DNA of 64,000 nt from the human T2T-CHM13v2.0 reference genome, Homo sapiens: assembly GCF_009914755.1 (NCBI RefSeq), contig NC_060939.1. One strand, given 5' to 3'. Positions 25,800-39,008 of this stretch are shown here, piece after piece. Within the stretch, counting starts at the first letter, position 1. The number at the start of each line of letters is the position of its first letter. Under the pieces are notes generated by a model. That model was not told the DNA's origin, did no database searches, and was given only the letters and a program-made list of their open reading frames with translations. The translations under genes and the position numbers were made by a program.

Positions 25800-28700
25800 A
25801 TTTCCATTCAATTCCATTCCATTTGATTCCATTCCACTCGGTTTCATTCCATTTGAGTCCACTCCATTCCATTCCATTCCATTCCATTCCATTCAGTTCC
25901 ATTCCATTCTGTTCCATTCCATTCCGTTCCATTGCATTCCATTCCATTCGGTACCATTCCATATTGTTCCATTCGATTCCATTCGAATCCATTCCATTCC
26001 AGTCCATTCCATTCGATTCCATTCCATTCCTTTCAATTCCATTCCATTCCATTCCATTCCACTTGATTCCACTCCATTCCCTTCCACTGCATTCCATTCG
26101 ATTCCATTCCATTGCATTGCATTCCATTCCATTGGACTGCATTCCATTCGATTCCATTCCATTCGAATCAATTACATAGCAATCCATTACATTCGAGTCT
26201 ATTCTATTCCGTTCCATTCGATTTCGTTCCAATCCATTCGATTCCATTCCATTCGATTCCATTCCATACTATTGCATTCCATTCGATTACATTATATTCG
26301 AATAAGTTCCATTCAAGACCATTTCTTTTGAGTCCATTCTATTTGAGTCCATTCCCTTTGATTCCATAACATTTGAGTCCATTCAATTCCATTCCTTTCG
26401 TTTCCATTCCATTTGATGCCATTCCATTCAATTCTGTTCTACTCGACTCCAATACATTCAATTCCATTCCATCCGATTCCATTACATTCTTTTCATTTCT
26501 TATCCATTTCAAGCCATTCCACTCCATTCCATTCCACTCGTTTCCTTTCCATTCGAGTCCATTCCTCTCCAGTCCATTCCGTTCAATCCATTCCATTCCA
26601 GTCCATTCCATTCGAGTCCGTTCCATTCCAGTCCATTCCATTCGAGTCAATTCCATCCCATTCGATGTCTTTCCATAACGATCCATTCCATTCTATTCCT
26701 TTCGATTCCATTCCATTCTATTTCATTCCATTCGATTCCCTTCCATTGGACTCCTTTCCATTAGAGTGCATTCCATTCCGTTCCATTTCTTTCCGTTCTG
26801 TACGATTCCTACCGTTCGATTTCATTTTGTTCCAGTCCATTCCTTTCGCGTCCATTCCATTCCATTTCACTCCATTCGATTCCATTCCACTCGATTCCAC
26901 TTCGTTCCATTTCATTGCATTCCATTCTATTCAACTCTATTGTCTTCCATTCCATTCCATTCGATTACATTCCATGCGATTCCATTCGAAATCGAATCAA
27001 TTACATTACAATCCATTACTATTGAGTCCGTTTTATTCCAGTCCACTGCATTCTGGTCCATTCCATTTGATTCCATTCCATTTTATTCCATTCCATACAG
27101 TTGCATTCCATTGGATTCCATGCTATATCTATAAATTCAATTCGAGACCATTGCTTTTGATTCCATTCTATATGTTTCCATTCCATTCAAGTCCATTACA
27201 TTTGGTTCAATTCCATTCCATTCCATTCCCTTCCATTCCATTCCAGTTGATATCAATCCATTCGATTCCATTCCATTCGAGCACATTCCATTCGAGTCCA
27301 TTCCATTCGATGCCATTCCATTTGATTCTATTCCATTAGTCTCCATTCAATTCCATTAATCTCCATTCCATTCCATTCTACTCCAACTGATTCCATTCCA
27401 TTCTATTCCTTTCCATTCCATTTCATTCCATTCCATTCCATTCCCTTCCATTCCATTCGTGTCCATTCCACTCCAGTCGATTCCATTTGTGTCCACTGCA
27501 TTCCATTCCACTCCATTCCATATTATTCCATTACACTCCATTCCATTCTATTACTTTCATTTCCATTCAATTCCATTCCATTTGATTCCATTCCACTCGG
27601 TTTCATTCCATTTGAGTCCACTCCATTCCATTCCATTCCATTCCATTCCATTCAGTTCCATTCCATTCTGTTCCATTCCATTCCGTTCCATTGCATTCCA
27701 TTCCATTCGGTACCATTCCATATTGTTCCATTCGATTCCATTCGAATCCATTCCATTCCAGTCCATTCCATTCGATTCCATTCCATTCCTTTCAATTCCA
27801 TTCCATTCCATTCCATTCCACTTGATTCCACTCCATTCCCTTCCACTGCATTCCATTCGATTCCATTCCATTGCATTGCATTCCATTCCATTGGACTGCA
27901 TTCCATTCGATTCCATTCCATTCGAATCAATTACATAGCAATCCATTACATTCGAGTCTATTCTATTCCGTTCCATTCGATTTCGTTCCAATCCATTCGA
28001 TTCCATTCCATTCGATTCCATTCCATACTATTGCATTCCATTCGATTACATTATATTCGAATAAGTTCCATTCAAGACCATTTCTTTTGAGTCCATTCTA
28101 TTTGAGTCCATTCCCTTTGATTCCATAACATTTGAGTCCATTCAATTCCATTCCTTTCGTTTCCATTCCATTTGATGCCATTCCATTCAATTCTGTTCTA
28201 CTCGACTCCAATACATTCAATTCCATTCCATCCGATTCCATTACATTCTTTTCATTTCTTATCCATTTCAAGCCATTCCACTCCATTCCATTCCACTCGT
28301 TTCCTTTCCATTCGAGTCCATTCCTCTCCAGTCCATTCCGTTCAATCCATTCCATTCCAGTCCATTCCATTCGAGTCCGTTCCATTCCAGTCCATTCCAT
28401 TCGAGTCAATTCCATCCCATTCGATGTCTTTCCATAACGATCCATTCCATTCTATTCCTTTCGATTCCATTCCATTCTATTTCATTCCATTCGATTCCCT
28501 TCCATTGGACTCCTTTCCATTAGAGTGCATTCCATTCCGTTCCATTTCTTTCCGTTCTGTACGATTCCTTCCGTTCGATTTCATTTTGTTCCAGTCCATT
28601 CCTTTCGCGTCCATTCCATTCCATTTCACTCCATTCGATTCCATTCCACTCGATTCCACTTTGTTCCATTTCATTGCATTCCATTCTATTCAACTCTATT

Positions 28701-31700
28701 GCCTTCCATTCTATTCCATTCGATTACATTCCATGCGATTCCATTCGAAATCGAATCAATTACATTGCAATCCATTACTATTGAGTCCGTTTTATTCCAG
28801 TCCACTGCATTCTGGTCCATTCCATTTGATTCCATTCCATTCTATTCCATTCCATACAGTTGCATTCATTTGGATTCCATGCTATATCTATAAATTCAAT
28901 TCGAGACCATTGCTTTTGAGTCCATTCTATATGATTCCATTCCATTCAAGTCCACTACATTTGGTTCAATTCCATTCCATTCCATTCCCTTCCATTCCAT
29001 TCCATTTGATATCAATCCATTCGATTCCATTCCATTCGAGCACATTCCATTCGAGTCCATTCCATTCGATGCCATTCCATTTGATTCTATTCCATTAGTC
29101 TCCATTCAATTCCATTAATCTCCATTCCATTCCATTCTACTCCAACTGATTCCATTCCATTCTATTCCTTTCCATTCCATTTCATTCCATTCCATTCCAT
29201 TTCATTCCATTCCATTCCATTCGCTTCCATTCCATTCGTGTCCATTCCACTCCAGTCCATTCCATTCGTGTCCATTCCAGTCCAGTCCATTCCATTTGTG
29301 TCCACTACATTCCATTCCACTCCATTCCATATTATTCCATTACACTCCATTCCATTCTATTACTTTCATTTCCATTCAATTCCATTCCATTTGATTCCAT
29401 TCCACTCGGTTTCATTCCATTTGAGTCCACTCCATTCCATTCCATTCCATTCCATTCCATTCAGTTCCATTCCATTCTGTTCCATTCCATTCCGTTCCAT
29501 TGCATTCCATTCCATTCGGTACCATTCCATATTGTTCCATTCGATTCCATTCGAATCCATTCCATTCCAGTCCATTCCATTCGATTCCATTCCATTCCTT
29601 TCAATTCCATTCCATTCCATTCCATTCCACTTGATTCCACTCCATTCCCTTCCACTGCATTCCATTCGATTCCATTCCATTGCATTGCATTCCATTCCAT
29701 TGGACTGCATTCCATTCGATTCCATTCCATTCGAATCAATTACATAGCAATCCATTACATTCGAGTCTATTCTATTCCGTTCCATTCGATTTCGTTCCAA
29801 TCCATTCGATTCCATTCCATTCGATTCCATTCCATACTATTGCATTCCATTCGATTACATTATATTCGAATAAGTTCCATTCAAGACCATTTCTTTTGAG
29901 TCCATTCTATTTGAGTCCATTCCCTTTGATTCCATAACATTTGAGTCCATTCAATTCCATTCCTTTCGTTTCCATTCCATTTGATGCCATTCCATTCAAT
30001 TCTGTTCTACTCGACTCCAATACATTCAATTCCATTCCATCCGATTCCATTACATTCTTTTCATTTCTTATCCATTTCAAGCCATTCCACTCCATTCCAT
30101 TCCACTCGTTTCCTTTCCATTCGAGTCCATTCCTCTCCAGTCCATTCCGTTCAATCCATTCCATTCCAGTCCATTCCATTCGAGTCCGTTCCATTCCAGT
30201 CCATTCCATTCGAGTCAATTCCATCCCATTCGATGTCTTTCCATAACGATCCATTCCATTCTATTCCTTTCGATTCCATTCCATTCTATTTCATTCCATT
30301 CGATTCCCTTCCATTGGACTCCTTTCCATTAGAGTGCATTCCATTCCGTTCCATTTCTTTCCGTTCTGTACGATTCCTACCGTTCGATTTCATTTTGTTC
30401 CAGTCCATTCCTTTCGCGTCCATTCCATTCCATTTCACTCCATTCGATTCCATTCCACTCGATTCCACTTCGTTCCATTTCATTGCATTCCATTCTATTC
30501 AACTCTATTGTCTTCCATTCCATTCCATTCGATTACATTCCATGCGATTCCATTCGAAATCGAATCAATTACATTACAATCCATTACTATTGAGTCCGTT
30601 TTATTCCAGTCCACTGCATTCTGGTCCATTCCATTTGATTCCATTCCATTTTATTCCATTCCATACAGTTGCATTCCATTGGATTCCATGCTATATCTAT
30701 AAATTCAATTCGAGACCATTGCTTTTGATTCCATTCTATATGTTTCCATTCCATTCAAGTCCATTACATTTGGTTCAATTCCATTCCATTCCATTCCCTT
30801 CCATTCCATTCCAGTTGATATCAATCCATTCGATTCCATTCCATTCGAGCACATTCCATTCGAGTCCATTCCATTCGATGCCATTCCATTTGATTCTATT
30901 CCATTAGTCTCCATTCAATTCCATTAATCTCCATTCCATTCCATTCTACTCCAACTGATTCCATTCCATTCTATTCCTTTCCATTCCATTTCATTCCATT
31001 CCATTCCATTCCCTTCCATTCCATTCGTGTCCATTCCACTCCAGTCGATTCCATTTGTGTCCACTGCATTCCATTCCACTCCATTCCATATTATTCCATT
31101 ACACTCCATTCCATTCTATTACTTTCATTTCCATTCAATTCCATTCCATTTGATTCCATTCCACTCGGTTTCATTCCATTTGAGTCCACTCCATTCCATT
31201 CCATTCCATTCCATTCCATTCAGTTCCATTCCATTCTGTTCCATTCCATTCCGTTCCATTGCATTCCATTCCATTCGGTACCATTCCATATTGTTCCATT
31301 CGATTCCATTCGAATCCATTCCATTCCAGTCCATTCCATTCGATTCCATTCCATTCCTTTCAATTCCATTCCATTCCATTCCATTCCACTTGATTCCACT
31401 CCATTCCCTTCCACTGCATTCCATTCGATTCCATTCCATTGCATTGCATTCCATTCCATTGGACTGCATTCCATTCGATTCCATTCCATTCGAATCAATT
31501 ACATAGCAATCCATTACATTCGAGTCTATTCTATTCCGTTCCATTCGATTTCGTTCCAATCCATTCGATTCCATTCCATTCGATTCCATTCCATACTATT
31601 GCATTCCATTCGATTACATTATATTCGAATAAGTTCCATTCAAGACCATTTCTTTTGAGTCCATTCTATTTGAGTCCATTCCCTTTGATTCCATAACATT

Positions 31701-34700
31701 TGAGTCCATTCAATTCCATTCCTTTCGTTTCCATTCCATTTGATGCCATTCCATTCAATTCTGTTCTACTCGACTCCAATACATTCAATTCCATTCCATC
31801 CGATTCCATTACATTCTTTTCATTTCTTATCCATTTCAAGCCATTCCACTCCATTCCATTCCACTCGTTTCCTTTCCATTCGAGTCCATTCCTCTCCAGT
31901 CCATTCCGTTCAATCCATTCCATTCCAGTCCATTCCATTCGAGTCCGTTCCATTCCAGTCCATTCCATTCGAGTCAATTCCATCCCATTCGATGTCTTTC
32001 CATAACGATCCATTCCATTCTATTCCTTTCGATTCCATTCCATTCTATTTCATTCCATTCGATTCCCTTCCATTGGACTCCTTTCCATTAGAGTGCATTC
32101 CATTCCGTTCCATTTCTTTCCGTTCTGTACGATTCCTTCCGTTCGATTTCATTTTGTTCCAGTCCATTCCTTTCGCGTCCATTCCATTCCATTTCACTCC
32201 ATTCGATTCCATTCCACTCGATTCCACTTTGTTCCATTTCATTGCATTCCATTCTATTCAACTCTATTGCCTTCCATTCTATTCCATTCGATTACATTCC
32301 ATGCGATTCCATTCGAAATCGAATCAATTACATTGCAATCCATTACTATTGAGTCCGTTTTATTCCAGTCCACTGCATTCTGGTCCATTCCATTTGATTC
32401 CATTCCATTCTATTCCATTCCATACAGTTGCATTCATTTGGATTCCATGCTATATCTATAAATTCAATTCGAGACCATTGCTTTTGAGTCCATTCTATAT
32501 GATTCCATTCCATTCAAGTCCACTACATTTGGTTCAATTCCATTCCATTCCATTCCCTTCCATTCCATTCCATTTGATATCAATCCATTCGATTCCATTC
32601 CATTCGAGCACATTCCATTCGAGTCCATTCCATTCGATGCCATTCCATTTGATTCTATTCCATTAGTCTCCATTCAATTCCATTAATCTCCATTCCATTC
32701 CATTCTACTCCAACTGATTCCATTCCATTCTATTCCTTTCCATTCCATTTCATTCCATTCCATTCCATTTCATTCCATTCCATTCCATTCGCTTCCATTC
32801 CATTCGTGTCCATTCCACTCCAGTCCATTCCATTCGTGTCCATTCCATTCCAGTCCATTCCATTTGTGTCCACTGCATTCCATTCCACTCCATTCCATAT
32901 TATTCCATTACACTCCATTCCATTCTATTACTTTCATTTCCATTCAATTCCATTCCATTTGATTCCATTCCACTCGGTTTCATTCCATTTGAGTCCACTC
33001 CATTCCATTCCATTCCATTCCATTCCATTCAGTTCCATTCCATTCTGTTCCATTCCATTCCGTTCCATTGCATTCCATTCCATTCGGTACCATTCCATAT
33101 TGTTCCATTCGATTCCATTCGAATCCATTCCATTCCAGTCCATTCCATTCGATTCCATTCCATTCCTTTCAATTCCATTCCATTCCATTCCATTCCACTT
33201 GATTCCACTCCATTCCCTTCCACTGCATTCCATTCGATTCCATTCCATTGCATTGCATTCCATTCCATTGGACTGCATTCCATTCGATTCCATTCCATTC
33301 GAATCAATTACATAGCAATCCATTACATTCGAGTCTATTCTATTCCGTTCCATTCGATTTCGTTCCAATCCATTCGATTCCATTCCATTCGATTCCATTC
33401 CATACTATTGCATTCCATTCGATTACATTATATTCGAATAAGTTCCATTCAAGACCATTTCTTTTGAGTCCATTCTATTTGAGTCCATTCCCTTTGATTC
33501 CATAACATTTGAGTCCATTCAATTCCATTCCTTTCGTTTCCATTCCATTTGATGCCATTCCATTCAATTCTGTTCTACTCGACTCCAATACATTCAATTC
33601 CATTCCATCCGATTCCATTACATTCTTTTCATTTCTTATCCATTTCAAGCCATTCCACTCCATTCCATTCCACTCGTTTCCTTTCCATTCGAGTCCATTC
33701 CTCTCCAGTCCATTCCGTTCAATCCATTCCATTCCAGTCCATTCCATTCGAGTCCGTTCCATTCCAGTCCATTCCATTCGAGTCAATTCCATCCCATTCG
33801 ATGTCTTTCCATAACGATCCATTCCATTCTATTCCTTTCGATTCCATTCCATTCTATTTCATTCCATTCGATTCCCTTCCATTGGACTCCTTTCCATTAG
33901 AGTGCATTCCATTCCGTTCCATTTCTTTCCGTTCTGTACGATTCCTACCGTTCGATTTCATTTTGTTCCAGTCCATTCCTTTCGCGTCCATTCCATTCCA
34001 TTTCACTCCATTCGATTCCATTCCACTCGATTCCACTTCGTTCCATTTCATTGCATTCCATTCTATTCAACTCTATTGTCTTCCATTCCATTCCATTCGA
34101 TTACATTCCATGCGATTCCATTCGAAATCGAATCAATTACATTACAATCCATTACTATTGAGTCCGTTTTATTCCAGTCCACTGCATTCTGGTCCATTCC
34201 ATTTGATTCCATTCCATTTTATTCCATTCCATACAGTTGCATTCCATTGGATTCCATGCTATATCTATAAATTCAATTCGAGACCATTGCTTTTGATTCC
34301 ATTCTATATGTTTCCATTCCATTCAAGTCCATTACATTTGGTTCAATTCCATTCCATTCCATTCCCTTCCATTCCATTCCAGTTGATATCAATCCATTCG
34401 ATTCCATTCCATTCGAGCACATTCCATTCGAGTCCATTCCATTCGATGCCATTCCATTTGATTCTATTCCATTAGTCTCCATTCAATTCCATTAATCTCC
34501 ATTCCATTCCATTCTACTCCAACTGATTCCATTCCATTCTATTCCTTTCCATTCCATTTCATTCCATTCCATTCCATTCCCTTCCATTCCATTCGTGTCC
34601 ATTCCACTCCAGTCGATTCCATTTGTGTCCACTGCATTCCATTCCACTCCATTCCATATTATTCCATTACACTCCATTCCATTCTATTACTTTCATTTCC

Positions 34701-36660
34701 ATTCAATTCCATTCCATTTGATTCCATTCCACTCGGTTTCATTCCATTTGAGTCCACTCCATTCCATTCCATTCCATTCCATTCCATTCAGTTCCATTCC
34801 ATTCTGTTCCATTCCATTCCGTTCCATTGCATTCCATTCCATTCGGTACCATTCCATATTGTTCCATTCGATTCCATTCGAATCCATTCCATTCCAGTCC
34901 ATTCCATTCGATTCCATTCCATTCCTTTCAATTCCATTCCATTCCATTCCATTCCACTTGATTCCACTCCATTCCCTTCCACTGCATTCCATTCGATTCC
35001 ATTCCATTGCATTGCATTCCATTCCATTGGACTGCATTCCATTCGATTCCATTCCATTCGAATCAATTACATAGCAATCCATTACATTCGAGTCTATTCT
35101 ATTCCGTTCCATTCGATTTCGTTCCAATCCATTCGATTCCATTCCATTCGATTCCATTCCATACTATTGCATTCCATTCGATTACATTATATTCGAATAA
35201 GTTCCATTCAAGACCATTTCTTTTGAGTCCATTCTATTTGAGTCCATTCCCTTTGATTCCATAACATTTGAGTCCATTCAATTCCATTCCTTTCGTTTCC
35301 ATTCCATTTGATGCCATTCCATTCAATTCTGTTCTACTCGACTCCAATACATTCAATTCCATTCCATCCGATTCCATTACATTCTTTTCATTTCTTATCC
35401 ATTTCAAGCCATTCCACTCCATTCCATTCCACTCGTTTCCTTTCCATTCGAGTCCATTCCTCTCCAGTCCATTCCGTTCAATCCATTCCATTCCAGTCCA
35501 TTCCATTCGAGTCCGTTCCATTCCAGTCCATTCCATTCGAGTCAATTCCATCCCATTCGATGTCTTTCCATAACGATCCATTCCATTCTATTCCTTTCGA
35601 TTCCATTCCATTCTATTTCATTCCATTCGATTCCCTTCCATTGGACTCCTTTCCATTAGAGTGCATTCCATTCCGTTCCATTTCTTTCCGTTCTGTACGA
35701 TTCCTACCGTTCGATTTCATTTTGTTCCAGTCCATTCCTTTCGCGTCCATTCCATTCCATTTCACTCCATTCGATTCCATTCCACTCGATTCCACTTTGT
35801 TCCATTTCATTGCATTCCATTCTATTCAACTCTATTGCCTTCCATTCTATTCCATTCGATTACATTCCATGCGATTCCATTCGAAATCGAATCAATTACA
35901 TTGCAATCCATTACTATTGAGTCCGTTTTATTCCAGTCCACTGCATTCTGGTCCATTCCATTTGATTCCATTCCATTCTATTCCATTCCATACAGTTGCA
36001 TTCATTTGGATTCCATGCTATATCTATAAATTCAATTCGAGACCATTGCTTTTGAGTCCATTCTATATGATTCCATTCCATTCAAGTCCACTACATTTGG
36101 TTCAATTCCATTCCATTCCATTCCCTTCCATTCCATTCCATTTGATATCAATCCATTCGATTCCATTCCATTCGAGCACATTCCATTCGAGTCCATTCCA
36201 TTCGATGCCATTCCATTTGATTCTATTCCATTAGTCTCCATTCAATTCCATTAATCTCCATTCCATTCCATTCTACTCCAACTGATTCCATTCCATTCTA
36301 TTCCTTTCCATTCCATTTCATTCCATTCCATTCCATTTCATTCCATTCCATTCCATTCGCTTCCATTCCATTCGTGTCCATTCCACTCCAGTCCATTCCA
36401 TTCGTGTCCATTCCATTCCAGTCCATTCCATTTGTGTCCACTGCATTCCATTCCACTCCATTCCATATTATTCCATTACACTCCATTCCATTCTATTACT
36501 TTCATTTCCATTCAATTCCATTCCATTTGATTCCATTCCACTCGGTTTCATTCCATTTGAGTCCACTCCATTCCATTCCATTCCATTCCATTCCATTCAG
36601 TTCCATTCCATTCTGTTCCATTCCATTCCGTTCCATTGCATTCCATTCCATTCGGTACCA
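25800..36660 (+). repeat. Three near-identical tandem copies of a 3568 bp two-unit repeat (1759+1809 bp)
   Basis: Landmarks recur at exactly 3568 bp: 26413/29981/33549, 27137/30705/34273, 28172/31740/35308 and 28896/32464/36032. Private variants alternate between units (tattgtcttcc; gcattcatttgg; ccactacattt). Confidence 0.92.
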
Positions 36661-39008
36661 TTCCATATTTTTCCATTCGATTCCATTCGAATCCATTCCA
36701 TTCCAGTCCATTCCATTCGATTCCATTCCATTCATTTCAATTCCATTCCATTCCATTCCATTCCATTCCATTACATTCCACTTGATTCCTCTCCATTCCC
36801 TTCCACTGCATTCCGTTCGATTCCATTCCATTGCATTGCATTCCATTCCATTGGATTGCATTCCATTCGATTCCATTCCATTCGAATCAATTACATAGCA
36901 ATCCATTACATTCGAGTCTATTCTATTCCGTTCCATTCGATTTCGTTCCAATCCATTCGATTCCATTCCATTCGATTCCATTCCATACTATTGCATTCCA
37001 TTCGATTACATTATATTCGAATAAGTTCCATTCAAGACCATTTCTTTTGAGTCCATTCTATTTGAGTCCATTCCCTTTGATTCCATAACATTTGAGTCCA
37101 TTCAATTCCATTCCTTTCGTTTCCATTCCATTTGATGCCATTCCATTCAATTCTGTTCTACTCGACTCCAATACATTCAATTCCATTCCATCCGATTCCA
37201 TTACATTCTTTTCATTTCTTATCCATTTCAAGCCATTCCACTCCATTCCATTCCACTCGTTTCCTTTCCATTCGAGTCCATTCCTCTCCAGTCCATTCCG
37301 TTCAATCCATTCCATTCCAGTCCATTCCATTCGAGTCCGTTCCATTCCAGTCCAATCCATTCGAGTCAATTCCATCCCATTCGATGTCTTTCCATAACGA
37401 TCCATTCCATTCTATTCCTTTCGATTCCATTCCATTCTATTTCATTCCATTCGATTCCCTTCCATTGGACTCCTTTCCATTCGAGTGCATTCCATTCCGT
37501 TCCATTTCTTTCCGTTCTGTACGATTCCTACCGTTCGATTTCATTTTGTTCCAGTCCATTCCTTTCGCGTCCATTCCATTCCATTTCACTCCATTCGATT
37601 CCATTCCACTCGATTCCACTTCGTTCCATTTCATTGCATTCCATTCTATTCAACTCTATTGCCTTCCATTCCATTCCATTCGATTACATTCCATGCGATT
37701 CCATTCGAAATCGAATCAATTACATTGCAATCCATTACTATTGAGTCCATTTTATTCCAGTCCACTGCATTCTGGTCCATTCCATATGATTCCATTCCAT
37801 TCTATTCCATTCCATACAGTTGCATTCCATTGGATTCCATTCTATATCTATAAATTCAATTGGAGACCATTGCTTTTGAGTCCATTCTATATGATTCCAT
37901 TCCATTCAAGTCCATTACATTTGGTTCAATTCCATTCCATTCCATTCCCTTCCATTCCATTCCAGTTGATATCAATCCATTCGATTCCATTCCATTCGAG
38001 CACATTCCATTCGAGTCCATTCCATTCGATGCCATTCCATTTGATTCTATTCCATTAGTCTCCATTCAATTCCATTAATCTCCATTCCATTCCATTCTAC
38101 TCCAACTGATTCCATTCCATTCTATTCCTTTCCATTCCATTTCATTCCATTCCATTCCATTTCATTTCATTCCATTCCATTCGCTTCCATTCCATTCGTG
38201 TCCATTCCACTCCAGTCCATTCCATTTGTGTCCACTGCATTCCATTCCACTCCATTCCATATTATTCCATTACACTCCATTCCATTCTATTACTTTCATT
38301 TCCATTCAATTCCATTCCATTTGATTCCATTCCACTCGGTTTCATTCCATTTGAGTCCACTCCATTCCATTCCATTCCATTCCATTCAGTTCCATTCCAT
38401 TCCGTTCCATTGCATTCCATTCCATTCGGTACCATTCCATATTGTTCCATTCGATTCCATTCGAATCCATTCCATTCCAGTCCATTCCATTCGATTCCAT
38501 TCCATTCCTTTCAATTCCATTCCATTCCATTCCATTCCACTTGATTCCACTCCATTCCCTTCCACTGCATTCCATTCGATTCCATTCCATTGCATTGCAT
38601 TCCATTTCATTGGACTGCATTCCATTCGATTCGATTCCATTCGAATCAATTACATAGCAATCCATTACATTCGAGTCTATTCTATTCCGTTCCATTCGAT
38701 TTCGTTCCAATCCATTCGATTCCATTCCATTCGATTCCATTCCATACTATTGCATTCCATTCTATTACATTATATTCGAATAATTTCCATTCAAGACCAT
38801 TTCTTTTGAGTCCATTCTATTTGAGTCCATTCCCTTTGATTCCATAACATTTGAGTCCATTCAATTCCATTCCTTTCGTTTGCATTCCATTTGATGCCAT
38901 TCCATTCAATTCTGTTCTACTCGACTCCAATACATTCAATTCCATTCCATCCGATTCCATTACATTCTTTTCATTTCTTATCCATTTCAAGCCATTCCAC
39001 TCCATTCC

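Noticed and set aside
25800-36660. 3568 bp period resembling the ~3.56 kb DYZ1 (Yq12) repeat
   Set aside because: The period is the sum of two near-identical 1.8 kb units (1759+1809) and is local to ~11 kb. The size match is most likely coincidental.
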